Shown one piece after another: positions 1 through 13,105 of a stretch of 64,000 bases of DNA (positions within the stretch are counted from its first letter, which is position 1; each line of letters begins with the position of its first letter). A program made the translations under genes and the position numbers. Source of the stretch: Anthoceros angustus (Eukaryota; Plantae; Anthocerotophyta). The notes below the pieces were generated by a model, which saw nothing but the letters and a program-made list of their open reading frames with translations, had not been told where the DNA came from and searched no databases. The stretch is taken from the NCBI GenBank assembly GCA_010909165.1, contig VJWM01000196.1, positions 1-64,000 on the forward strand, given 5' to 3'.

Positions 1-536
1 CGCTGGGACTGGAGCAGGTGAATATATTTGCGACCACAATTGAGACTGTGCGGAAGCCATCCCCCACCCCAATCCTGAAGTCTTTTTCAAACCAAATCCG
101 AGTTAAGGCCTGCAACTCCCCGCCATTCGCAAGGGATCATCGGCATGGCAGAGGGGGACGCCGGCCGGCCGGCGTCCTTCCTCTCAAACCTGCTTTCATA
201 CCCTGCCGCCAGCGGGTCAGCCTGTCCTCAAAGTTTCATCACCCTTCTTTTTTGTAGATTTCATTTTTGCTCCACGGAAAAGACCGGCAGTTACCGGCAG
301 CAATGGCCTTTGTCATGGGTCTTAAATGCGGACCAATTGAGGTTAACTCTAACACCATAACCCTTCGCCGGCGTTGAATGGATCTTCTATCACTGGTTCA
401 TACAATTGTCACCCTTCTTTTACGTAATTGACCCATACCCCAAAAGTGGGAGTTCAATGCCCATGTGAAACCCCCTTCAGAGGATATATGTCACAAAACC
501 CTCTTCGTGAATATTCACCCCCTTCGAAAGATATCG
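1..536. repeat. Unclassified dispersed repeat (DNA-transposon-like end with CCCCTTC subterminal motifs)
   Basis: 460-536 (AAACCCCCTTCAGAG..AAAACCC..TATTCACCCCCTTCGAAA) matches 13040-13105. No recognisable ORF. Confidence 0.35.
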
Positions 537-3500
537 CGTTATCTCCTTGGATTGAATTTTCTCCCTGATGAAGTGATGCTTTACTTCAATGTGCTTCGTC
601 CTCGCGTGAAAAGTAGCATTCTTTGCTAAGTAAATGCAACCCTGATTGTCGTTGAAGATGGTTGTTGCACCTTCCGCTTAAATCCCATTTCTTGAGCAAT
701 CGTCAGAGCCATATTGCTTCCATTGTTGCAAGAGATATTGCCATGTACTCCGCTCAGAGGACAAAGCCACGATGGTGGCCTACTACTCCATGAAATGGCT
801 CCCCAAATAGCATAAACACATATCCTGTGGTAGACTTGCGGCCATCGACATCTCTAGCCCAATCTGAATCATAGAAGCCAACCACCTGGGCTTCTTCATG
901 CCGATCCTTTGGTATTTCAACTTCCAATGTTTTGTGCCGCGCAAGTATCTGAATATCCTCTTGACTGCTTGATAATCGTTGTCCGGTTGGCCAAGAATCG
1001 ACTCACAACTCCCACTTGCCTCGCAATGTCGGCCTTGTCTTTGTTGCCAACATAAGATGCCAACACGCTTGATAGAGAGTCTTATCTATCTTCTCTTTCT
1101 CCTTTTCGTTGTAGGGCTCATGCTTCCATTCCACTTGCACTTAATCTTGAATGTCCACTTTGATCCTATGCTCTTCCTTCCGTGAGGTAGAGGAGTGATT
1201 GCCCAAGTTTTGTTCTTGAGAAGGAGTTATACTCGCCCACGCTTCTTTCCACTCCTTTGCCTTTGGTCCTTCCAATGCTTCCTTTAGGCTTTGTGGTTCA
1301 CGCATCCGCCAACCATGCCTCCTCATACACACATGCATTCATGGATTCCAAGATCTTCTGAAGGTTTCCATTGTCTCGTTGATCTTCTCAAGATTGGTTG
1401 TCTCTCGAATACTTGAGCTTCCTCTTCTTCGACACAATGCTTTGATCTTCATCTACTTCTCCAATCGCGACATCGAGAATTTCCCTTTCTCCCCCTCTAT
1501 GTCGCATTGTTGAGAAGGTTCGTTGGGCTCGAGCGGGTTGCTCAAGAGTGTCATCATAGTCGGAATCCTCATCGGGGTCGTCAACATACGCCGGATCCTT
1601 CATGATAACCACCGGGGTTGGAGCTCCCACTCCTTTGATGGGTTCCACAACCTCATTAAATACAACGTCCTCGCTAAAATGATCTTCTTCCTTGAAAGAT
1701 CATACAACCGTAGCCCTTAATCTCGAGAGTATCCAAGCATAAGGCACTTCACGCCTTTTGGATCCCATTTTGTTCGGGTTTGCTTCGGAACGTGAGCATA
1801 AACCACTGAACCAAAGATCCTCAAATGGCTTATGTCGGGCTTGACGCCAGACCACGCTTCCTCCGGGGTCATTCCAACAATAGCTTTGGTTGGAACTCGA
1901 TTCAAAACATAGGTTGCTGTAACAACAGCCTCACCCCAAAAACGTACTTCCAAGCCACTATGATGTAACATGCATTTAGCTGCCTCCACCAGACTCCTAA
2001 GTTTGCGCTCCGCCACTCCATTTTGCTCCGGTGTGTGAGGGATGGTTAGTTGCCTTCCAATTCCATGCTCCTTGCAAAAGCGTTGGAAGTCAGTGGAGAT
2101 GTATTCACCTCCGTTGTCACTACGCAAAGTCTTCAGACGTTGTCCACTTGCGTTCTCCACCATGGCTTTCCATTCCTTGAAGAGTGTAACACCGGATTTC
2201 TCCTTCATAAGATATGTCCAGTCTTCCTAGTGAAATCATCCACAAACACCGAATGTAGCGGGCTCCGCCATGAGTGGGATTTTCATTGGACCACACACAT
2301 CCGTGTGTACCAACTCTAGCGCCATCTTTGCTCGTCATGCAATCTTTGGGAACTTAGTTCGGTGTAGCTTTCCCATTATGCACCCTTGGCATAATTGCGG
2401 CTCACCCACTTCTTTCAAATCCAAGCACAGAACCATATGTTGGTTCTTCATCAACTGATATTGTCCACACCAATGTGCCCTAGACGTTGATGCCATAAAT
2501 CAATAGATCCAATGCTATTTTGCGAACTGTCCATAAAGGTGCAAGCTTGCCTTCCACGAAGCACACAACTTGTACAAATTTCCTATTGGACGCTAGCAAT
2601 CACTTTAGCATTCGATAACTCTGCCGGATTGGATCCGAAATCCTTTGGAATTGAACACAACCTCATGACTGATCGGCAATTTTGCGGAGAAGAAGATTCC
2701 TCGCAAGATGAGGCACATGATGCACGTCCTTAATACCTGTGTCCTCCGGAAGATGGACTCGTAACACTCCTCTTCCCTTGATGTCATGTGACCTATTGTC
2801 ACCAAGCGCCCGTATGCCCCTCGGCAATACCTCGTAGCTTGAGAACCAAGGAAGGTTATAAGCGAAATCTTTGGGATGCACGAGTCAAGGTACAAACTCT
2901 CATCCTTCTTTGATGAAGTCGCTTGATCTCTTTCGGTGAAGCACGCCAAGATGTGTTCTTGGTCCTTCTCGACTTGATTAGCTTGGGATGATTTCCTTCT
3001 TCAAGTCACAATCTTATTCTGATCCTTTGCGTGGTGATTGGGCTTCCTGCAGTAATAACAAAAGCCTTTCACCTTTCTCTTTGCATCTGTATCCTTTGTC
3101 CCTTCTAGAGACTTGGCTTGCGAGGTCTTCCACCGTGATGTGCCCTTCTTGGAGAAGAGTGCCAAGCCTTCGTTGCCTTGTGTCTGGAAAGAACCATCAA
3201 GCTCCTCTTGTAGGAGTAATCTAACCACCTCATCAAAGGTTGGTTGATTGTCACTTGGACGCATCGCTACGGATGCCCTATAAGACAATAAAATTGCCTA
3301 CATGATGGTGGCAAACTACTCGAAGCTGATCACCTTACCCTCCGAAGGTTTGATCTCGCCTCCTCATTTGATCAACCAAGCTTTTCAACTTGTTGACATG
3401 TTGTTGAAGTGTCGCCTCACCATCTTGAAGTTGGAGAATTGACTTTCCAGACATTTCGCTCACAATGCTCTTCTTCTTACGCCAGCAAAGAATTTTCCAT

Positions 3501-3902
3501 GCATCCTGCGAAGAGACACACTCGCTCAATTGTGAGAGAATGTCATCGACACATTCAGATAATATTAGCCAAGGCTTCGCATCCTTGTCTATATCCTTTT
3601 CGTGAAGCGCCATCCGAAGTCCATTTTCCACAAACTTCCACAATCCTCAATGAGAAGAGATTTTAGCTTCAACTTCCATAATGTGAAGTTCGCCATCAAA
3701 CTTCTCCACTTGACGCGTAGTCTCCATATGCACACCTCGAAAGCTATGCAAAGACAAGACAAAGTTCCTCGCAAACTACTACCAAGCTTCACAAAATTGC
3801 AAACGAGCTTTTCAGGACATCGATAACTACAAACAATGCAATAGAAGACAAGTGGCAAGAGTCGGGGTGGTCGTAGTAGTACTTTACGATGCATCTCAAC
3901 CA

Positions 3903-3915
3903 TGCTCTGATACCA
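3903..3915 (-). promoter_or_regulatory. Primer-binding site complementary to initiator tRNA-Met
   Basis: TGCTCTGATACCA on + reads TGGTATCAGAGCA on -. Confidence 0.9.
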
Positions 3916-4121
3916 TGTTAGAAAACAAATTCCTGTGTTCAAGACATTAGAAATGGTGTGCTATGCATACATATATAGCCTTTGGCCTTGTCATACTCTC
4001 GATAGTATGAAACCCTATCTCACTCCTGGGATAATCCTATATACTTCTAGGACTTATACTCATAACTCTAATATGAGCTCTAATATGAGATGTGTTGCAC
4101 CAATCCTATAAAGTTCTAACA
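3916..4121 (-). repeat. 5' LTR of Copia element (TGTTAGA...TCTAACA)
   Basis: 7-bp terminal inverted repeat with TG..CA ends, directly next to the PBS. Confidence 0.85.
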
Positions 4122-4596
4122 AGATGTGCCCATTGGCCAGCGAGATTTCTGGCACGAATTACGTGAACTCAAGGAGCACCTGGGAGAGGAGATCCAGCGC
4201 CTCTACCACCGTGCGCAGGCTTTGCAATTGGTGGCTCGTCCCGGCATCAAACTCCACCTTCCCACCCTCTCCATCGCCTTTCAGCTGCAGTAGTGAACCC
4301 CACATCTCCCGTATGTGGAGAAGGGAGTACCCAGCCATAGCAGCTCCTGAGCCAATGGCTGTGAAAGCATCTGGGTACGGCGCTTGTTGGAGGCATCGTG
4401 ATCCCTACTTCGCCGGAATGTCTAAATTATTCGAAAAAGATACAAAACAGAAAAGTTTTTCGAAGTGCCACCTGCGGCCAAATGGCTGAGCTGAGGAGAG
4501 GGACGTTTGCTCGTCTTCCCACCTCTTGTGCAAGTAGCGGGTAGCCACATGCAGCCAAAAGATTGTGGCCAAATTTGCTTCCACCGTTTGGATGTC

Positions 4597-6049
4597 TCAA
4601 ATTGAATGTTTTGAAGACCCCTTTGGGATGAGAGCGTCTTGAAATGGAACCAAAGGCAATTTTCCCCCCAATATGTCAGGCAGCTGGTCTTCATCGATGT
4701 CCATCAGAAGAGTCCTCGGTATCTCTTTGTCAGTGAGAAAAACTATCTGCACCCGAATCACAACGACACAGCTCATTTTCCTAGCGAGCGCAGATAAGGG
4801 ACAAGTCGGAAAGAAGACATTTGTAGAGCATGCAGATTACCTTTCGCTCGGTTGCTTTGTCAATGAAGGTGGATACCACCTTCCACGCTCCCCAAAAAAT
4901 GTAGGGTGCACGGAGAAAGTAAAGCTTGCCCAAACGCTCAGGATAGTAAGCCTACATGGAGTCCGCAATGCTCAGAACTCGGTACGCATGACAGCTGTGT
5001 CTCGAAGCAGGGAACGGGACATCCAAATACCTGAAGGAACTCAAAACCCGAGATGTATCCGCGGACGTCAACATTCTTATAGCCAAATCCTTCCAGAGAC
5101 ATCACACAGCAGAACTTCTCCTGTCCAGGGGGCATACTGCACCCAGGCCAGCAAGTCCAGCCGAACAATGGATTCAGAAGTAGCTTACAGGACTCCAGGA
5201 TAAGGCACTCACAAAACACAGATGGAGTTAATGCTCTTTCACCGCAAATACCTGGCAACAACTGCATCCAAAACGAAGACGACGAAACCTGCAAGGGTGT
5301 TCTGACCCGGTTGTCACACAATTTTCCAACAGTCATCCAGCAATGTATTTTCCGACAGAGAGCAGCAGACACTTACGCTTGAAGACTTCGATATCATGTG
5401 GTATATGCTTGTCCGCCCTTCCATATATAATTGGCCTGCCTTTCTTATCATGTCCCTGAAGAAACACCTTCCCAGCTTGGAGCTCGTGTTGGACGGCTTC
5501 TGGAGGAATATGGCCGAGGGGCACGTAAGAGCGTCTCCACCTCTGATGGGAGACGAACATACCTGCCGCCTTCTTCACATCCTTCGACCTAGCCAGCAGG
5601 AAACGTCGGAGTGTTGCATCCGTTGTGTCCTAAATAGACCAACGAAAATCACAGTGGCTTCAGTACTGAGTGAGCTGCCACAGCGTCAAGCTACTACAGC
5701 ACAGCAGCAGACGGCGACATTCTGGCGATAAGGACATTTTGGCCAATAAGGAAAACCGGGGGTAGAATTCTGTGACGCCACTCCTCAAGCAGCTGGAGAC
5801 CAGAGACAGGATCAGCTCAATCACGCGCAGTACCTTAGAAAGAGGATCATGCTTGTTCACCAAAGCTCGAACTTTAAGCAGCCGCTGCTGCATCTCTGGG
5901 TCAGCATCATGGTTGGGCTCTGAGACGTAGCAATTGCCCAGACCATTTGCATCCGGCTCCTGCCCTTCAGATTCACTCTGGTAAGCCCTTTCACCCGCCT
6001 CCGACTCCGACTCCCCCGGCATTCTCCTGCGCGCATCCTCCGATTCCAT
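4597..6049 (-). CDS. SEC14/CRAL-TRIO lipid-binding (phosphatidylinositol-transfer-like) protein, about 6 exons
   Basis: Spliced reading: MESEDARRR...HDPLSK / DTTDATLRRFLLARSKDVKKAAGMF...FLQGHDKKGRPI / FVVFVLDAVVA / MPPGQEKFCCVMSLEGFGYKNVDVRGY...FLQ / AYYPERLGKLYFLRAPYIFWGAWKVVSTFIDKATERK / IVFL...LPDILGGKL...HSI*. GT-AG junctions. Confidence 0.92.
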
Positions 6050-6570
6050 CACCTGTGCTCTCCGAACGAGCCCGACAGGTCAACAATGTGCAGACTACCG
6101 TTTTCTCGTATTTCAGCGGGACTCTCGGGTTGTCCACTTCTGTCATAGTATCCTAACCATAGCTTTATTCGCTCGCTCACTGTACAACCGCGTTGAAAAG
6201 TGTGGGAACGCCTTTTTCACTCTTCCTGCCACGACCATCAGGCGACCCCGTCAACCGTCCTCAAATATGAGTGAGATCTCAACTCTCAATTCTTCGGTAT
6301 GCAGCACCTGTCTACAGTCAACCGGGTCACCCGACCGGGGAAGGGAAGGATGAATTGGCCGATCACCTGGTAATAAGAAGCCTGGCCGGTGATCCAAGGC
6401 ACTATCACTCTGTAGCACACTACTTTGCTATTAAACGACCTTTCTGATCAAAACTGAATCGGAACATGAATTTCATGAACCTAGAAACGGTGCAAAATTG
6501 ACATGGAACAGCACAACCCGCAGCCTCTGCTGCGAGATTTTTAGCAAGCGCCATGTACAACTCTATGAGT

Positions 6571-8937
6571 TCATGTGGCGTCCATGTTATCTGCGCCATC
6601 TGCACCATCTGCGCCCTCAGTAGAGACCTCCATGGCATCATCTTGACCCTCACCCTTCTTGCCTGGCACACAACGCAGTAGAACAGGATCGACTGGGGAT
6701 GAGCAACATATTCAACTGTCATCTGACTTGAACAGATTCAAAATTTGTCCGAGTCGTAACCGTTCTACAGACACCGACCTTTCTTCTTCTTCCCACCACC
6801 TTTTTTCTTTGCCTTCGTGCCCAAAGCCAACCAGGCCTTGATCTCCGGATCTTCCAAAACTTTTGAGGGCTGAAGTTCTTGCAATGGGTGTCCCGTCACC
6901 CTGTCGGAGCCATTGGGCATCAGCAGAACTGTGAACTTTATGTGAGCCACCAAATCGCCTGAAAAACGGGTAACACGGTTTGAGAACCAAATTGCATTAA
7001 AAAAAACCTCATCTCGCAGAGGAAAGTAAACCAAATTTGATACAATAGCTCAGTAGCTCACCTGGCTTCTCATGCAGCACAGGGTATGGTTGTAGAAGTT
7101 CATGGTTCACACACTCAACAAGTCCCAACCGAGCACGCTTCTCTTCTAAAGCCCTGCCAAAGGCGGAGTACCACCGGGTCATGTTGGTTGTACTCACACA
7201 CAAATTCAAGATGAAGCGCTTGCCTGAACATACAGAGGCTGACCTTGCTGTAAAGGGCATAAGTGGGAACTTCTGATTGATCTCACTGAAGATAAACCTT
7301 GAGGCCTTCATCTTCAGGTGGTAACTCTTGTCCACTGCCCTCTTATACACGGTAGTTTGCTTTTCGTCCAACAACTTCGGCTGCATGGCACGTGCAGACA
7401 AACTTCAATGAAATTTGAATTTCACAAACGTCTAAGCAGCAAAACTCCTGACATGTGGACAAGCCAGGTACTCCGAACCTTGCCATCACCAGTGCTCATA
7501 ACAATGTCAATAGCATATACTTCATTCTCTTCAAACTCTGCATCATCAACCCTAGTCTCCGGGTTTGCAGCACTTAAGATGACTTTGTTTGCATCAATGA
7601 CAAACTGCTTCATTTGGTGACTGAGCACCCCTTCAGCAACCTTGCAATCATAGGCGGCAGCGACCTTTTGAAGGGCTTCTGTCACATCCTTGTTCTGCGA
7701 AACAACACCACAAGCCGGAAGCCAACAGTAAGATTCTTATTAACATCTCAACAGGAGAAACACAGCAGCTATGAAGAACAGCAAACCAGAGGATCTATAA
7801 GTACGCACTCATGTCAGTAAGAAACCTGACCTTCTTGCCAGGTCTGACAAGCCTCAAAGCCACCTCAGCAGCTGTATTGGCAGCAGCAAGGACATCGGCA
7901 GCCCTTCCCGTTACGGGGCCCTCTTGAATCACATGTGTGTGTGCAACAACAGTTGCAAAGCCATCGATGTGGCATCCCAAGTCACTGTCACACACATGAC
8001 ACAGATAACCACAAAAAAAGATGTGACACGCACCCAAATAACGGAATACAGGAAAATTGGAACGCTGACAACAGTGCTACTTCTAATCTTGCAGCGTACA
8101 AGTAAGTGCCAAGCAGCTGAAGAAACAAATACAGCATTTCCAGGGCGTACTCACATCTTCACAATATCACCTGCCTTGACAGTGCTGTCATCGCTTGCCA
8201 GGGGTGAGAAATGGCAAACCGTGTTGTTCAGGGATACACATGTCGGAAACGCAACACCCTTCTCGATTTTTTTCTTGGAGTTTTTGTAGACGTTTGCCGT
8301 CAACCTACATCACGAATGACGTAAATTAGAAGCTAAAACGAAGCTCAGGGCAAGCGGTACAAAACCACCTGTCTTCCAAAAATTCCTCTACTGCACAATG
8401 ACAAGAAAACGCACTCTCTGATCAAGGAGTCCCCCAGCTCGCACAAGTCCACGACCTTCGCCCCTGGCACAGACTTGGATACCACCAACTGAAGTGCCTC
8501 TGATACAAGAGACAAGCGCAAAGTCACAAATTAATCACTGAATACACCGACACCTGGAAAACCCTTGCCACCGATTCCCGCCGCAAGTATGCCTAGAGAT
8601 TTTCTCCGTCAACTCCAACAGCTGCAACGCAGAAACTGAGGTGCCTGATACAACAGACTATTGGGAGAGGTGAAAAAATCTGGCCTCGTCCACAGCAGTG
8701 CGCAGCATTGGCCGCCGCCAGTGGGTGACTCGGTCAGTCTCGGGACATCTCAAACCAAGAGCATCCGGCGGCGATCACCCTAAAATTTCACCATTGCGGC
8801 ACTCTGCACTCCGAACCAGCGTAGGAGATCTTACTGTTGGCAATCTCGGCGGCAAGCTTGTACTTGGTGACTACATCGGCTGAGGAGAGATCGAGCTCCT
8901 TCTCCTCCTTCGTCTCGTCGTCCGACATGGCTGACAT
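6571..8937 (-). CDS. EBP1: ErbB3-binding protein 1 / proliferation-associated 2G4 homologue (MetAP-fold, ribosome-associated), multi-exon
   Basis: Exons encode MSDDETKEEKELDLSSADVVTKYKLAAEIAN, GVAFPTCVSLNNTVCHFSPL, DLGCHIDGFATVVAHT, EGVLSHQMKQFVIDANK, YHLKMKASRFIFSEI, QPYPVLHEKPG, VAHIKFTVLLMPNGSDRVT and a Lys-rich tail. Stop at 6571-6573. Alternative ATG at 8928. Confidence 0.96.
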
Positions 8938-9314
8938 TGCGGCCCAGAAACCCCCGCCGCCGCTGCTCGCTCGGCAATTGATTCCCGAGGATTTGCGAGC
9001 CGGAGCAAAACACAAATCCTGCCCCAGAAAGCGTGGGCCTCACTCAAGTCTGGTGGAGCCCGTGGCACCCCCCTTGGTACGCTACGCAGTGCTCTGTGCA
9101 GACTAGCGAGACCGGCGGCAGCGGCGAATGGCGATGGCGGCTCGCGCTGTGAGAGGAACGCTGTGGCGTGTTGAAGTGAAAGGAACGCCCCTAACGCCGC
9201 ATAACGGAACGCGGTCCCCACCGCCACCCCTGTTCCGTTTTCGCCCTGCGCTTGACGTTTACTCTTTGGCTCCTGAAATCGTGATTCCATCCGCCAGAGT
9301 TATCCGCTCCAGGA
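8938..9314. promoter_or_regulatory. Probable bidirectional promoter and 5' UTRs shared by EBP1 and plastid RPS6
   Basis: Only 377 bp separate the divergent ATGs. GC/CpG-rich, with one TGGGCC site-II-like motif at 9034-9039. Confidence 0.55.
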
Positions 9315-10111
9315 ATGTCAATGGCCGCCATGGCCACTGCAGCAGCACAGCTGCCGAGGCTCAGCTGCTGCGCTGCCACCGCCAGCAAGACGAATGCAAG
9401 CACCAGCACCAGCAGTTGTTGCGTCTCTCCACCGTCGTCTTCGTGGGTGTTTTCCGCTGTCAGGGTGCGGGTGGTTTCCGGGGGCAGAGCGGAAGGGAGG
9501 CTGAGATCTGCGGGAGTAGCTAGGGCTGTGGCTACGGAGGACTCTGTGGAGGAGGAGGGGATTGAGAGTGCCACTGGTCTGGAGAATCTGGGGATTTCCC
9601 CGAAGGAGGTGCGGCTGTATCCGCAGGGACTGCAGAAGTACGAGACCATGGCGGTGCTGCGGCCTGACATCACTGAGGACCAGCGGCTGGCGCTTACACA
9701 GCGCTACGAGGAGGTATAGTAGGATGTTTGCCCATTGTGCTTCGAGGGGAATGGCAGAGGAAGTGTGCGAGTTAGCATGTTGCCAATTTTGTCGTAGGTT
9801 TGCGGGTCTGCTTTTGCTCATGGCCCTGCGAGGAAGTGTTGGGTGGGATCACATTCTGCATGCTTTGGACTTGTATGCAGGCAATCATTGCTGGTGGGGG
9901 GCTGGACGTTGAAATGTTCAACAGGGGCATGCAGCCTCTTGCCTATAACATCAAGGTTAAGAACATGGGTGGTGTTTCAAGTAGATATCTGGATGGTCTC
10001 TATTTGCTCTTCACATATGTGACAGCACCTAAGGCGCAACTAGCTCTTCAGCAACGGCTGAATGCAGACGACGATGTCATCCGGTCCACCACATTTAGGT
10101 TGAAAGCTTAA
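9315..10111 (+). CDS. PRPS6: Nuclear-encoded plastid 30S ribosomal protein S6 (bS6c); exons 9315-9713 and 9881-10111
   Basis: Ser/Ala/Thr-rich transit-peptide-like N-terminus, then LQKYETMAVLRPDITEDQRLALTQRYEE / AIIAGGGLDVEMFNRGMQPLAYNIK...YLDGLYLLFTY...LNADDDVIRSTTF. GT-AG intron 9714-9880. Confidence 0.95.
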
Positions 10112-10898
10112 GACAGCCTTCTGTCGAGAGGTTTGAAGGGGCACACAGGAACGGGCCAGTTGAGCATTGCTTTTCCATTGTTTGCCTTCCTGTACAGCCG
10201 GCTGACCAATTGTCAACTCGTGTTTTGTGCGTCCACTGTGCCTCTTATTACTTGGTGCTGTTCCATCCAAGTCTCATGGGGTGTGGGACAATCTATGTCA
10301 CAACTGTGGGTTTTGTCCTGCAACCATACTCTCGGTTGGACTCATTGGAAGTGAATTATCTTTGTGCGCAAACTGCTCGGAAACCTCTAACATCCAACCT
10401 GGATTAGTGGAACTTAATGGAAACATGAGATCATGCCACTGGCCGCACCGATTTGGTAGTGTTTGATGCCACCAAATACACTCCCTCGGTTTTGTCATCA
10501 CAATCGGGTGAGTTGTGATGGACACAGGGCAAAGGCGCTCTCATGAGGCCCGCCAAGCAGTCTCAGTGCGGGCAAAGAGCCCGGCACAGAAGGGTGTTTG
10601 GCTCCGGGCCAGCCTGCAGGAGCCAAAGCAGGAACTGTGGCAGAGTGCCTCTCGTCCAACAAAGAAACTGGCCACTAGAGAAACAGGGGCCAAGGCATCA
10701 AGCCCCGTACCTTACGTGAGTGAAGCAACGTTGCCTTTGCCACCAGATTATGCAGTGCTGTCCCCTGAAGAAACTTAACAGCCATCTGTATTTGTGCCTC
10801 CGGCTGCACACTTGTTAGTTGGACCTACGTTCTCCGTAAAATATCCAACTTTCCAAGGCAACAGGATCACGCATGCCAGTACCTATCTCGGGTATTGG

Positions 10899-10996
10899 GT
10901 TTGGTCTCACGAGTGACACTTGCATGTGACTATAGTTTGGTCTCACGAGTGACACTTGCATGTGATTATAGTTTGGTCTCACGAGTGACACTTGCA
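10899..10996. repeat. 36-bp tandem repeat, about 2.7 copies
   Basis: Unit GTTTGGTCTCACGAGTGACACTTGCATGTGA(C/T)TATA. Confidence 0.9.
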
Positions 10997-11025
10997 CTCC
11001 ATCCTTCCTTCCTTCCATGTATTCC

Positions 11026-11402
11026 GTTATCAGAGAGTGACACTCCATATCACTCTTCAATCAGAGTTTCCTAGTGCTAGTTGTAGACCTCGTTGCTGGC
11101 CATACTAGGAAAATCTAAAGGAGAAAGAGCTGAGCCGGGGAAGAAACCTCCAATGAGAGTAGACCGGTGGCCCTGAATTGCACTGGCATGGACGCTTGCC
11201 AGCGGGTTAGATCGGTTATCAGAGAGTGACACTCCATATCACTCTTCAATCAGAGTTTCCTAGTGCTAGTTGTAGACCTCGTTGCTGGCCATACTAGGAA
11301 AATCTAAAGGAGAAAGAGCTGAGCCGGGAAGAAACCTCCAGTGAGAGTAGACCGGTGGCCCTGAATTGCACTGGCATGGACGCTTGCCAGCGGGTTAGAT
11401 CG
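11026..11402. repeat. Near-perfect ~189-bp tandem duplication of TE debris
   Basis: 11026-11214 matches 11215-11402. The reverse complement of ~11300-11460 resembles the CRE-like LINE at ~14930-15050 (GGGGCTTTTGAGTGCC). Confidence 0.85.
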
Positions 11403-11519
11403 CCCGCAAGGCACTCAAAAGCCCCTAGGCTCATGATGTTCCCAATAGTATCCATGATTATTTTTGGAGGTCCCCTTCGGTTCCCCTAATTTCATCCGGA
11501 GCTTCCAAGATTAGGCTCT

Positions 11520-11870
11520 CACGAATACTTTACATACTCCTAATAAATAGAGATAGGATGAACACATCTATCATAGGATAGAAGAAGAAGAAGAGTTTTA
11601 TTGAGAGGGAAGATAACACTCCCACATAATATGGGTTATATGCACTAGGCACACTATGTACTAGCACATAAGCATACAAGCACACTTGTACATACCACAC
11701 CACACATGTAGGTGGGCTTGGCCTTATATAATCCTCAGCCTTGAATCCCATTGGTCACTTGACCTTGAATCCTATTGGTCACTTGACTTGCCTTGTACTC
11801 TTGGGCTGTCTAGAAGATACTTTCTAAAAGATACTTGACTTTCTAGAAAGTATGCAAGTTTGTTATTTTG
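11520..11870 (-). repeat. Possible LTR remnant
   Basis: AT-rich, with TATATAAGG and AATAAA on the minus strand and a short internal duplication at 11739-11785. Termini not defined. Confidence 0.3.
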
Positions 11871-11894
11871 ATAAATGGAGATTTTATTGAGGTG

Positions 11895-12330
11895 AAAAAA
11901 CGATGAGAAAAGCCCATCTAGGAGGGGACAACCAAAGGGGACCAGGGGGGCGAGGTGAAGAGGACCAACTGAGCTCCCTACCTAAGAATGCAGGAAGAAT
12001 AAATGGCCTGCAAACCACGAAGGTAGAGGAAGATGCGTCACCTACTGTCGCCGCCTTGTGGAGGATCGCCGTTGAGAGCGCTACCTAGGCCCCCCTGGTA
12101 TACAAAAACATACAAAACCACCCAAAATGCGGAAACTACGGACATGACAAAATTATGGAACAATGAGGTCACTGGCCCTTCATCACACCGACTAAATCGC
12201 CATGAACACAGTATAGGCGCCCGGTAGGTGTACACTCGGCAGGGAAGTGGTGCCGGAGCCGAGAATGCCCGAAACCGATGGATGAACACCTACAAAAACC
12301 AACAAATAGCAAACCAACTTCAGTTTCCGG
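11895..12330 (-). mobile_element. 3' fragment of a CRE-like (RLE-type) non-LTR retrotransposon
   Basis: Degenerate minus-strand reading resembles the RLE C-terminus (FIP..FG.LAP; VAL..AILHKAATVG), followed by a pyrimidine-rich 3' UTR. Confidence 0.45.
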
Positions 12331-12336
12331 CGAAAT

Positions 12337-13105
12337 AGGGTTGGGATTTTTTCCAAAACCCCTTTTGATAGGAGAAACCCCTTTCTAAACAGACGCTGTT
12401 GAATACATAGTCCGTCAGAGTGCCAACCCATCTGGTGTGATGCCGAGGAAAAAAGGGAATAAGGTCCATTACCCAAAAAACATACGGGAGGTGTTTGTGA
12501 ATGAAACAGTCATCCTGTATTATGGATTTGTGTTGAACGCACGGAAACGTTTGTATGCAGTGGACAAAAAAGCGATAAGGGATAAGCTCTGCGAGTTGCG
12601 CGGCTTCATACAGCCTGCAAGTCAAAGTGCCGCTGAAGATAGTGATGACAATGTTAGAGAAGCTAGACCAAATGATGACGAAGGATTGAACTCTTGGGAT
12701 GAGTGAAACTCAAATCACGGTTTGTCCCGGGGTCCCAGAGTGAATGTTGTACATCCGGTTCAAGATGTTACCGTGTTTTGGAAATACCCTGTCCGCGGCT
12801 TTTGTTGTGTCCTTATGAAACCACATTTTCCTTCCAAAACTGAATTTACGGTCGTCCCTTCCCGGTAGAGACGGCCTTCCTTACAGGTCCCACTTTGCAT
12901 TAATCCCATAGATTCGAGTTTACGACAACCATTCGACAAAAACATTACTGGTTGGAAAGTAGTAACGTTAATGGGTGACACCCTTTTTTTCGAAGATGTT
13001 TTCTGGAATGATTAATAAACGCTATTTTAGGGCCCAACAAAAACCCCCTTCAGAGATTATTTACGGAAAACCCCCATCAAGATTATTCACCCCCTTCAAA
13101 AATTA
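12337..13105. repeat. Unclassified DNA-transposon-like fragment with a short acidic-tailed ORF (12437-12706)
   Basis: Begins TAGGGTTGGG. GAGAAACCCCTTTCTAAACAGACGCTGTT is shared with ~16565-16593, and the right end is shared with 460-536. Confidence 0.35.

Larger units (their letters stand above)
537..4121 (-). mobile_element. Ty1/Copia LTR retrotransposon, degenerate, 3'-truncated
   Basis: On the minus strand, in order: LTR 3916-4121, Met-i PBS, gag with zinc knuckle (CYYCRKPNHHAKD), protease (YLDS), GAG-pre-integrase, integrase (LKTLRSDNGGEY...TPEQNGVAERK, 1717-2208), partly deleted RT, RNase H (KNATFHARTKHIEVKHHFIREK, ~545-630). No 3' LTR. Confidence 0.93.

Noticed and set aside
4159-4400. 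Stop-free minus-strand reading (..QAPYPDAFTAIGSG...LLEFT*) downstream of the CRAL-TRIO gene
   Set aside because: No recognisable family and no convincing start or splice link. It may be UTR or a gene fragment.
10515-10778. 87-aa ORF downstream of PRPS6
   Set aside because: It has a non-ATG track start, no recognisable domain and no splice support.
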